This document shows positions 39,809-47,571 of a stretch of 64,000 nt of DNA, piece after piece. The position numbers and the translations under genes are program-made. The stretch's first letter is position 1. Every line of letters starts with the position of its first letter. The stretch spans positions 32,001 to 96,000 of the forward strand of contig CBEVQO010000006.1 of NCBI GenBank assembly GCA_965552055.1, given 5' to 3'. The notes below the pieces were generated by a model, which saw nothing but the letters and a program-made list of their open reading frames with translations, was not told where the DNA came from and ran no database searches. This stretch comes from an uncultured bacterium. Lineage in GTDB: Bacteria; Hydrothermota; UBA3073; NMUJ01; CBEVQO01.

Positions 39809-40380
39809 TATAACTCCATTATTTTTCGATAAACTTCCTCTGCTAAAATTTTCCTCATTTTTGCATCTGTCTTTGAAGGTATCGTAATTTCCTTTCCGAA
39901 TGCCAATCTATATCTTATTCCATTTTTTTCGATTTTCACGGGTAGAATTTTTGCACCTGTTTTTGAAGCAAGATAAATTGCCCCGGGTTTCGGTGTTACT
40001 TTCTCACCCGGTTTTACCATTTTGCCTTCGATAAAAATAAGAAGGTTTCCTTTTTTCAGAATCTCAATTAACTTACGCATAAGCGAAGGCTCTGGTTTAT
40101 CACGGTCTATAAAAATAGCACCAGCTCTCTGTGCAAAATAAAGAAAGGGTTTCCTCAAATCTTTAACAAGACCTTTAACCGCAAAGAAATAGAGCTTCTT
40201 CGGAAAAACAGTACACCCTATTAAAATTGGGTCAAGATGGGTTATGTGATTCGAGACAAATAGCAAATTTTTATTTCGTTCAGGAATGTTCTCTAAACCT
40301 TTAATTTTTAAAAAGAAAAGACGATAAACGCGATAAAGAATATAAATTATTGCAAGCATAAACTGGAAAGTGAGCTCCAT
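39808..40380 (-). CDS. plsC: Lysophospholipid acyltransferase (PlsC-like)
   Basis: NHITHLDP (HxxxxD), FIDR, FIEG. Confidence 0.8.
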   Translation of the reverse strand: MELTFQFMLAIIYILYRVYRLFFLKIKGLENIPERNKNLLFVSNHITHLDPILIGCTVFPKKLYFFAVKGLVKDLRKPFLYFAQRAGAIFIDRDKPEPSLMRKLIEILKKGNLLIFIEGKMVKPGEKVTPKPGAIYLASKTGAKILPVKIEKNGIRYRLAFGKEITIPSKTDAKMRKILAEEVYRKIMEL

Positions 40381-40381
40381 T

Positions 40382-41332
40382 TCAGGATTTGTCTTCTTTG
40401 AATAAATCTAAAAATCTATCTTCGTATTTTTTAAATAAATTCCATTTGTCTAATTCTTTTTTCAAAATGTATGCTTTGCTTCTATCTTTTTTTGCTTCTT
40501 CAAATAATTTTTCAATTTTTTCAAGTACAGATTTTGGAACATCTTCTTCAGAATAAGTTTCAATTTCTTTTTCCACTGGTGGAATTGCCTCTGATGGTTC
40601 CGGCTTTTTTATAAATTGAGTGAACTTTTCTTTTAATGATTTGAGTTCTTTTTCTAATGATTCAATTTGCATATCAAGTTCATATGTATCAATTGTTATT
40701 CCTATTATTTTGCTCATTGTAAGCACAACTGCTTTTGATGCTTTGGGATTTGGTATTTCGATAGCAAATTGGGGCATGGTGGCAAGAAAACAGGCAGCGT
40801 CTATATCCCAGTCCCTGGCATAGCCTATTATTAAGCCGTTCATACCACGAATGTGTCCTCCCTCCATTATTCTTATCTTATATTTATCATACAATAAATT
40901 TCTTAATTGTTCAGAATTTGCAACAGCATAAACCACCGAGGGATCTTCAAATGTCTGATTTAACTGGGGGAAAGCAGCTCCTGTCATAATCATTCTTACT
41001 TTCATCTCTTTTGCGAATGATAAAATTAAGTTTAAAAAGTTTTCACCATCCTTACTTCGCAATTGAATGTTGCTTTCAAATAATATAATGTCGGGATTTT
41101 TCCTATAATAAAAACTATTCATAGGTGGGGGTGCTTTAAAAGTGACCCCATTTTCTACTTCCACATAATCATGCGTAAAAACATCGCTAATATCAACCTC
41201 TGCAAATTTTTCACAATTCAATTTTCTGCGCAGAAAATCAACAGCTCCAAGAGCAACATTGCCCATACCCGGCCAGCCTGCTATCATTATCGGAGACCTT
41301 ACATCTATTCTTTTTAACACTCTAATATCCAT
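40382..41332 (-). CDS. PAC2 (proteasome assembly chaperone) family protein
   Basis: IAGWPGMGNVA, G.NGL, PNPKAS motifs. Confidence 0.8.
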   Translation of the reverse strand: MDIRVLKRIDVRSPIMIAGWPGMGNVALGAVDFLRRKLNCEKFAEVDISDVFTHDYVEVENGVTFKAPPPMNSFYYRKNPDIILFESNIQLRSKDGENFLNLILSFAKEMKVRMIMTGAAFPQLNQTFEDPSVVYAVANSEQLRNLLYDKYKIRIMEGGHIRGMNGLIIGYARDWDIDAACFLATMPQFAIEIPNPKASKAVVLTMSKIIGITIDTYELDMQIESLEKELKSLKEKFTQFIKKPEPSEAIPPVEKEIETYSEEDVPKSVLEKIEKLFEEAKKDRSKAYILKKELDKWNLFKKYEDRFLDLFKEDKS

Positions 41333-41340
41333 TTCTTTTT

Positions 41341-41367
41341 AATTTAATCGAATATCTCAATTGTCAA
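41341..41367 (-). promoter_or_regulatory. Promoter for PAC2-plsC-dnaE
   Basis: TTGACA-N15-TAAATT-N8-ATG; overlaps the stop codon of the upstream permease. Confidence 0.6.
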
Positions 41368-42311
41368 TCAAATTTTTTATTTTTCCGTAAGAGATAGATA
41401 AAAAATGGAACACCAAATAAAGATGTAACAACACTTATCGGAAATTCTATAGTCCATATCCTTGAGAGAGTATCTGAAATTAACAGTAGAGAAGGTCCTA
41501 TTAACAAAACACTTTTTAAAACTTTTTTATAATCCGCACCGATACAGAGGCGCGCTAAATGAGGAACACAAAGACCAACAAAACCAATCGCACCACATAA
41601 CATAACAGTCAATGCTGTTAAAATACCCGATAATATAAAAATTTTGAAACGCAACTTATTAACATCCACTCCGCACGATAAAGCTTCATATTCACCCAGC
41701 GATAATAAATTTAATGCTTGAGAATATTTGATAAACAAAAAAATGCAAATAAGTAAAAAGAAGTAGGAAAAAGTTAAAGAAATATAAAATAACTTATCGG
41801 GAATGACCGATAGCCTCCCCATAAGAAAATAAATTATCTGGGATAAACTTTCGCCATGTAAAACCATTAAAATCATAGTTAAACTGCTGACAAATGTGCT
41901 AACTATTACTCCCGACAGAATCAAAGTGTGCGGCAAAGCAACTCCTCTTATGCTTCCTAACCTGTAAATTATAAAAATAGAAATAACAGCAAATAATAAG
42001 GAAAAAGGTTGGTAAAAATTTAAGAATAATTTCCCAAAGATAGCACCCAGACATGCACTACCGGCTACACCAAGGATGTAAGGGTCACATAGGGGATTGC
42101 GCAAAATGCCCTGCAATACAGCACCTGATAATGATAAAGAAATGCCACAAAAAATTCCCAAAATTAATCTCAATACCCTTAACTTCAATATCAAAGTATT
42201 TGATAAGAAGCTAGCAGGTCCTGTGAAGATTTCAAGAAGAATTGAAAAAATTAAAAATAGTATTAATACAATGATTTTAAGATATGTGCCAGTTTTTCTT
42301 GAGTTTGCCAT
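41364..42311 (-). CDS. FecCD/BtuC-family ABC permease
   Basis: LQGILRNPL.DPYILG, LGE.EA...GV, GAIGFVGL.VPH. Confidence 0.9.
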   Translation of the reverse strand: MANSRKTGTYLKIIVLILFLIFSILLEIFTGPASFLSNTLILKLRVLRLILGIFCGISLSLSGAVLQGILRNPLCDPYILGVAGSACLGAIFGKLFLNFYQPFSLLFAVISIFIIYRLGSIRGVALPHTLILSGVIVSTFVSSLTMILMVLHGESLSQIIYFLMGRLSVIPDKLFYISLTFSYFFLLICIFLFIKYSQALNLLSLGEYEALSCGVDVNKLRFKIFILSGILTALTVMLCGAIGFVGLCVPHLARLCIGADYKKVLKSVLLIGPSLLLISDTLSRIWTIEFPISVVTSLFGVPFFIYLLRKNKKFD

Positions 42312-43459
42312 TGCCCGTATAATACTCCCTGACCTGCCAACCTACCGAGAGCACTTTTTGTTTCATTATCAATAGGGTTCAATTTAGCATTTTGGAAAGG
42401 TGTCCCCGGAAGTGGCATAAAAGTATGTGCATGAATACGCGCACCCATTCCCGAGAGCTCCTCCATAACCCTCACGGTTTTTCGTCTATCTGCTTGAGTC
42501 TCCCCCGGTAATCCAAACATAAAATCAACATGCGGGGTAAAACCTGCCTTTAAAGCATTTTGCACCGCAGTATAAACATCAGAAACCGTGTGACCCCTCC
42601 CTATCTTTTCAAGCAAACTATCACTGCCTGTCTGTGCACCTATTATCAGATATTGATTATCTACAAATTCTTTTAATAATAAAGCAATGTCCTCTGTCAA
42701 AAAATCAGGACGAACTTCTGAAGGAAAATTGCCAAAAAATATTCTGCCCCTTCTTTTAACCACATCTCTCACCGATTTTAGAAATTCATATAGCATGTTG
42801 TAATCTGCTTTAAATCCATCTGTGCCATACGATAGGGCATTTGGTGTGATAAATCTTATATCCGTTATTCCTACAGCGAGTAAATCGCAAACCAGATCAC
42901 AAATTTTTTCTATACTTCTATGTCGCACATCCCTACCAAAGAGATAAGTTGTCTGACAAAATTTACAACCCCATGGACAGCCCCTTGTTATTTCAATTGC
43001 TCCGTATTTCCCGTATTTCTTCACAAAAGGATAAAAATCATCGAGATTTTGAACTTTTTCGCCCTGTATTATTTTCTCCTTTATTTCTTCTCCTTTTTTC
43101 AGTTTTTCGATTAATTTCGGAAAAGAGATTTCTCCTTCACCTTTTATAATGTAATCGAAGCCTCTCCTCAAAGTATTTTCAGGTAATGCACTTGCATGAG
43201 GACCACCTCCTATTATGATTAGTTTATCACCATAAGTATTTTTCAAATCTTTTACAATTTTAAAAATTTCTTTTGCCTGTGTTGAGAAAAAAGATATTGC
43301 CAAAATTATTTTTTTGTGTTTCTTAAAAAGTTTCGCCAGTTCCCATTGCAAATTTTTTGTTATAAATTTAATTTCATAATCGGGATTTTTTTGCAGAAGC
43401 GAAGCCGTAATCGCCCTCAATCCATTTCTATTCGGTTTTGGATAATATATGCAAAGCAC
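42263..43459 (-). CDS. B12-binding domain radical SAM protein
   Basis: GGPH, GEGE, EITRGCPWGCKFC, PSEVRP, H.FMPLPGTP. Confidence 0.88.
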   Translation of the reverse strand: MLCIYYPKPNRNGLRAITASLLQKNPDYEIKFITKNLQWELAKLFKKHKKIILAISFFSTQAKEIFKIVKDLKNTYGDKLIIIGGGPHASALPENTLRRGFDYIIKGEGEISFPKLIEKLKKGEEIKEKIIQGEKVQNLDDFYPFVKKYGKYGAIEITRGCPWGCKFCQTTYLFGRDVRHRSIEKICDLVCDLLAVGITDIRFITPNALSYGTDGFKADYNMLYEFLKSVRDVVKRRGRIFFGNFPSEVRPDFLTEDIALLLKEFVDNQYLIIGAQTGSDSLLEKIGRGHTVSDVYTAVQNALKAGFTPHVDFMFGLPGETQADRRKTVRVMEELSGMGARIHAHTFMPLPGTPFQNAKLNPIDNETKSALGRLAGQGVLYGQWQTQEKLAHILKSLY

Positions 43460-43464
43460 AATAA

Positions 43465-43491
43465 ATGATAATTATAATTTTAAGATGTCAA
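43465..43491 (-). promoter_or_regulatory. Promoter for the B12 radical SAM, probably leaderless
   Basis: TTGACA-N15-TATCAT-N5-GTG. Confidence 0.62.
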
Positions 43492-43503
43492 CTTATAATT
43501 TTT

Positions 43504-43600
43504 AGCCCCGCCTCCCAGTCCCCGCCGCCCTCGTGCACACCCCTCCTTTCAGTCGGGGTGTTGACTCACAACCCATATGTAATGCACTCGCTCCGCTCGT
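43504..43600. other. GC-rich non-coding element containing an IS200/IS605-end-like hairpin
   Basis: Stem ACACCCC (43537-43543) / GGGGTGT (43555-43561) followed by TTGAC; markedly GC-rich against AT-rich flanks. Confidence 0.4.
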
Positions 43601-43629
43601 AATAAAAAATTTAATAGAGTTATTAAAAA

Positions 43630-45096
43630 TTATTCGCATCTACCACCGAGATGTTTCGCAAGAAATCTTTCCACAGCTTCATAAAATTTTAATCTATTTT
43701 CCTGAATCAAAAGTCCATGTCCTTCGTTTTCGAAAAGCAAATATTCCACTTCTTTGCCTCTTTCTCTGAGTGCTTTAACGATTTGTTCGCTCTCCTCTCT
43801 CTTTACCCTTGGGTCATTTGCCCCCTGTCCTATGAGTAATGGTATTTTAATTCTATCTACATGGAAATAGGGAGACCTTGACTTTAAAAATTCTGCTTCT
43901 TTATCGGGGTCACCCACCCTTTTCCTTTCTATTGCCCAGTAAGTTTTCCAGTAAGGAGGGATTGATTTCAGATGCGTAATAAGGTTACTGGGTCCACATA
44001 AAGAGATTGCACATTTGAAAAGGTCAGGTGTGAATGTGGCTCCACAAAGTGCAGCATATCCACCGTATGAAAAGCCCTTGATTGCTATCCTTTCGGGGTC
44101 TGCGTAGCCATTTTCAATGCACCATTTAACTGCATCAACAAGGTCATCATGCATCTTGCCACCCCATTCCCTATCACCTGCGTTCAGAAACTCTTTACCA
44201 AATCCCATTGAGCCACGAAAATTAACCTGCAAACATAAATAACCCCTATTTGCGAGCCATTGCACCACAGGGTCAAATGCCCAAAAGTCCCTATCCCAGG
44301 GACCACCATGCACCTCGAGTACCATAGGCAGATTTTTTCTCGGTAAACCTTTGGGGAATGTGAGATAGCATAACATTCTGTAGCCATCCCTTGTTCGTAT
44401 AAATACCGGCATTTTATTGGAAAAGGTATATTTTTTAAGTTCGGGCTGGGTTGAAAATAAAAATTCCAATTTCTTATTATCCCTTTGATAAAGATAAAAT
44501 TCCCATGGTGTATCATCTTTACTAAATGCTATGACCCATATGTTATTATCACTGCTCTGGCTGGTTATCACATAATCGCCTTTCAATTTGTCGTTTAAAA
44601 ATTCGATGTCTTCCTTTACTTCATCTGAAACTGCTATCAATTAGCTTTTTCTTTATAAATGCAAACAGCAAGTAGCTCATCGGTATAAGGATGGAATAAC
44701 GCCAAACTCCGCATTGGCAAACAATCATATGAGTATTTCATCAGGTCGCGAAGGATGGGCACGAAGTATGCTCGCCTAGACACCCTCAAAAGGTGTGAGG
44801 TCTTTTATCTCGCCTGTTAAAGTGTCTATCCTGTATATGTGCCAGTTTTCGTCACCATCGTAATCTTTCATGTATATTATGTGTCTGCTGTTTTCAGCCC
44901 AATCGTAATTGATTATGCTTCTTTCTTTCTCAAAGGTTAACTGTCTTTCGCCTTTTTCATCTTTCAGCCATATGTTAAGCACATCGTCAGTTCGCTTTAG
45001 ATATGACATTTTCCTGCCGTCGGGTGAAACCCCGGGATATGTTATTTCCTCTAGCCCTATGAGCACCTCGCGGGGTATCAGCTCGGGCAATGCCAT
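43630..45096 (-). pseudogene. S9 family peptidase (dipeptidyl/acylaminoacyl peptidase) pseudogene
   Basis: The N-terminal fragment (LIPRE..SPDG..GDEN) stops at TAG 44778-44776, followed by an in-frame TGA, frameshifts and a large internal deletion. The C-terminal catalytic domain is intact (HGGP, GFSYGG, GANDPRV, NEGH). Confidence 0.85.
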
Positions 45097-45164
45097 TTCC
45101 CCTCCTTTTTGTTATCTTGTAATCTAAACTTAGATTTGTCAATTAAAATTTTGGTTAAACTGAC

Positions 45165-45191
45165 TTGACAAATTTTTATTTTGGATAATAT
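45165..45191 (+). promoter_or_regulatory. Promoter for the tmRNA-tRNA transcript
   Basis: TTGACA-N15-TAATAT, 15 nt upstream of the tmRNA 5' end. Confidence 0.6.
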
Positions 45192-45206
45192 ATAAGGGAG
45201 CTCTTT

Positions 45207-45521
45207 GGGGGCGAAAAGGATTCGACGGGGGTGACCGCAGCAGGAGGAGCACGCCGGGAGGGGTCCCGTAAACCCTTAAATAAGTGCGGAGTATGCCTGG
45301 GCTGCATAAGGGCTAGCCCCTGAACCGACGCCCATAGGTTCAGGGGGACGGGTATGGGCTCTTCTGCTACCCTTGACCCCGGGGTGGCAGAGAAATCCAG
45401 GGGTCTGGCTCTGCACTACCGTGCCCCATCCGGGGTGCAGGGCGAGATTAAAGATGGGGCTAAGCGTGTAGTGCCCCTGTTGTGGCACTCTCGGACGTGG
45501 GTTCGATTCCCACCGCCTCCA
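45207..45521 (+). ncRNA. ssrA: tmRNA
   Basis: 5' GGGGGCGAAAAGGATTCGAC; 3' GTGGGTTCGATTCCCACCGCCTCCA; acceptor stem with G3-U70; tag ORF 45286-45309. Confidence 0.95.
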
Positions 45522-45522
45522 T

Positions 45523-45594
45523 GCCCCCGTAGCTCAATGGTAGAGCGACGGGCTGTTAACCCGGAGGTTGCAGGTTCGAATCCTGCCGGGGGCG
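45523..45594 (+). tRNA. tRNA-Asn(GTT)
   Basis: Acceptor GCCCCCG/CGGGGGC, anticodon loop CT-GTT-AA, T arm GCAGG-TTCGAAT-CCTGC; CCA not encoded. Confidence 0.95.
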
Positions 45595-45595
45595 T

Positions 45596-45668
45596 GCCCC
45601 TGTAGCTCAATTGGAAGAGCGTCGGACTTCGGATCCGATTGCTGTGGGTTCGAGTCCCACCAGGGGTG
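45596..45668 (+). tRNA. tRNA-Arg(TCG)
   Basis: Acceptor GCCCCTG/CAGGGGT, anticodon arm TCGGA-CT-TCG-GA-TCCGA, T arm GTGGG-TTCGAGT-CCCAC; CCA not encoded. Confidence 0.93.
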
Positions 45669-45706
45669 CATACTTTTCATTTTTCCCTTTCTTAATAATC
45701 TTTCAA

Positions 45707-45734
45707 TTGACAACTTCAAAAAATAAATTATAAT
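45707..45734 (+). promoter_or_regulatory. Promoter for the patatin gene, probably leaderless
   Basis: TTGACA-N16-TATAAT-N5-ATG (45740). Confidence 0.65.
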
Positions 45735-45739
45735 TGTCA

Positions 45740-46708
45740 ATGCAATTTTGTAAGAAAATAGGAATAGCACTTGGTGCAGGTGCTGCTCGTGGTTTAGCTC
45801 ATATAGGTGTGCTTCAGGCTATCGAAGAGGAAGGCATAAAAATTGATTTTGTAGCAGGCACAAGCATGGGTGCAATTGTTGGTGCTTATTTTGCGAAAAA
45901 TGGCACAGTAAAAGGACTTAAGGAACTTGCGTTGCTGATGGACAGGCTAAATCTTATACGATTAGCCGACCCCAATATCCTTCTTATGTTCAAGGGATTC
46001 ATTTCAGGAAAACGGGTTGAAGATTTTTTAAAAATAATTGTGGGTGATATTTATTTTGAAGATTTACAAATTCCTTTCGCGGTAGTAGCTACTGACTTAT
46101 ATACAGGAAAAGAAGTGGTGATAAAAGAAGGCAGGGTTATTTCAGCAATTAGAGCAAGTATTTCTATTCCTGCAATTTTTGTCCCTGTAAAATGGGAAGA
46201 AACTTTTTTAGTAGATGGTGCCCTTTCTAATCCCGTTCCCGTAGATATTGTACGCAAAATGGGTGCAGATATTGTGATAGCAAGTAATGTTATCCCTGCA
46301 CCTTCTCACGATAAAGCATTAAAATCTTCGGATATAAAAACAAAAGAAATCAAAAGTAATGCAAATTCCGAAAAGATGCAAAGAGAAATAAAGAATCTAG
46401 TCCAAAAAGATACAACGAAATTTAATTTACTGGAAAATCTTATAAAAAAGATAAAAGAAAGCAAAGCACTGGAAAAATTAAAAGAAGAGATGCAAGTTCC
46501 TAATATTTTTGAAGTATTAATCCGAAGCCTAGAAATAATGGAATATGAAATTGCAAAATTATGTGCTGAAAAAGCAGATATTGTTATTACACCCGATTTA
46601 GAAGGAATAAGTGCACTTGATTTTAAAAATGCTGGCGAAATAATTAAAAGGGGATACGAAAAAGCAAAATTTCTGTTGACAATATTAAAAAGAAATTATA
46701 ATAAATGA
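45740..46708 (+). CDS. Patatin-like phospholipase (RssA-like)
   Basis: GAGAARGLAHIG, GTSMG, DGA. Confidence 0.92.
   Translation: MQFCKKIGIALGAGAARGLAHIGVLQAIEEEGIKIDFVAGTSMGAIVGAYFAKNGTVKGLKELALLMDRLNLIRLADPNILLMFKGFISGKRVEDFLKIIVGDIYFEDLQIPFAVVATDLYTGKEVVIKEGRVISAIRASISIPAIFVPVKWEETFLVDGALSNPVPVDIVRKMGADIVIASNVIPAPSHDKALKSSDIKTKEIKSNANSEKMQREIKNLVQKDTTKFNLLENLIKKIKESKALEKLKEEMQVPNIFEVLIRSLEIMEYEIAKLCAEKADIVITPDLEGISALDFKNAGEIIKRGYEKAKFLLTILKRNYNK
46676..46702 (+). promoter_or_regulatory. Promoter for xerC, embedded in the patatin 3' end, probably leaderless
   Basis: Perfect TTGACA-N15-TATAAT-N5-ATG (46708). Confidence 0.68.
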
Positions 46709-47571
46709 TGGAAAAATTTATATCCGAATTTTTAATCTATATGGATGGAAAAGGCTCCAGTCCTCATACTCTTATTAACTATGAAAGTGATCTTAAAAAC
46801 TTTGCAGATTTTTTGAAAACAAAAAGGATTAAAGATGTAAAAAAGATATCACCTTCAATAATCCGCGAATATATAATGGAACTCTATTCTCTTTCCATGA
46901 GTAAAAGTTCAATTCAAAGAAAAATATCGTCATTAAAGTCTTTTTTCAAATTTTTGTTGAGACGCAAGATAATAGAGAAAAATCCGATGTCAGATATAAA
47001 AACGCCAAAAAAAGAAAAAAAATTGCCAGAATATGTATCGGAAAAAGAAATGGAAAAACTTTTTGATTTGCCAAATGTTTCTCTCCGTGATAGAGCGATA
47101 CTCGAGCTTTTGTATGCTACAGGCATGCGAGCATCCGAACTCATCAGATTGAATGTGAAGGATATCGATTTCAATAGAGGAGAAGTAAAGGTTCTTGGCA
47201 AAGGCAGAAAAGAAAGGATAATTCCGCTCACAGAGAAAGCTAAAGAAATTCTTAAAATGTATCTCGAAAAAGAAGGACGAATTGATAATCTTAATTCTCC
47301 TTTATTTTTAAGTAAAAGGAAAAAAAGATTAAGTCAAAGGACATTGCAAAGGATAGTAAAAAAATATTTGCAGATGGTATCCGAAGTCAAAAGAAAGAGT
47401 CCCCATGTTATAAGACACACTTTTGCTACTCATTTGCTTCGTGCAGGTTGCGATATAAGGACTATAAAGGAACTGCTGGGTCATTCTTCAATATCCACTA
47501 CGGAAATTTACACCCATATTTTGCCTGATAAAATTTTTGAAGTTTATAAAAGAGCGCATCCGAGAGCATGA
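46708..47571 (+). CDS. xerC: Tyrosine recombinase XerC
   Basis: RDRAILELLYATGMR.SEL, GKG.KER, HVIRHTFATHLL, LLGH, T.IYTH, HPRA end. Confidence 0.88.
   Translation: MEKFISEFLIYMDGKGSSPHTLINYESDLKNFADFLKTKRIKDVKKISPSIIREYIMELYSLSMSKSSIQRKISSLKSFFKFLLRRKIIEKNPMSDIKTPKKEKKLPEYVSEKEMEKLFDLPNVSLRDRAILELLYATGMRASELIRLNVKDIDFNRGEVKVLGKGRKERIIPLTEKAKEILKMYLEKEGRIDNLNSPLFLSKRKKRLSQRTLQRIVKKYLQMVSEVKRKSPHVIRHTFATHLLRAGCDIRTIKELLGHSSISTTEIYTHILPDKIFEVYKRAHPRA

Noticed and set aside
43465..43625. Cobalamin riboswitch upstream of the B12 radical SAM/BtuC-like genes
   Set aside because: No B12-box or GGGAA...ACTG core is visible, and the predicted promoter lies between the element and the gene.
44700..44780. 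Stop-codon readthrough (Sec/Pyl or recoding) in the S9 peptidase
   Set aside because: The stops come with frameshifts and a large deletion, and TAG/TGA terminate normal genes elsewhere in the window.
45276..45770. Short ORFs in the track overlapping 45.2-45.7 kb
   Set aside because: They are shadows of the GC-rich tmRNA/tRNA genes.
45207..47571. Integrative element at tmRNA/tRNA with a tyrosine integrase
   Set aside because: The recombinase has housekeeping XerC features (HPRA end, ~288 aa), neighbours are core genes, and I saw no duplicated tRNA/tmRNA 3' end (att repeat).
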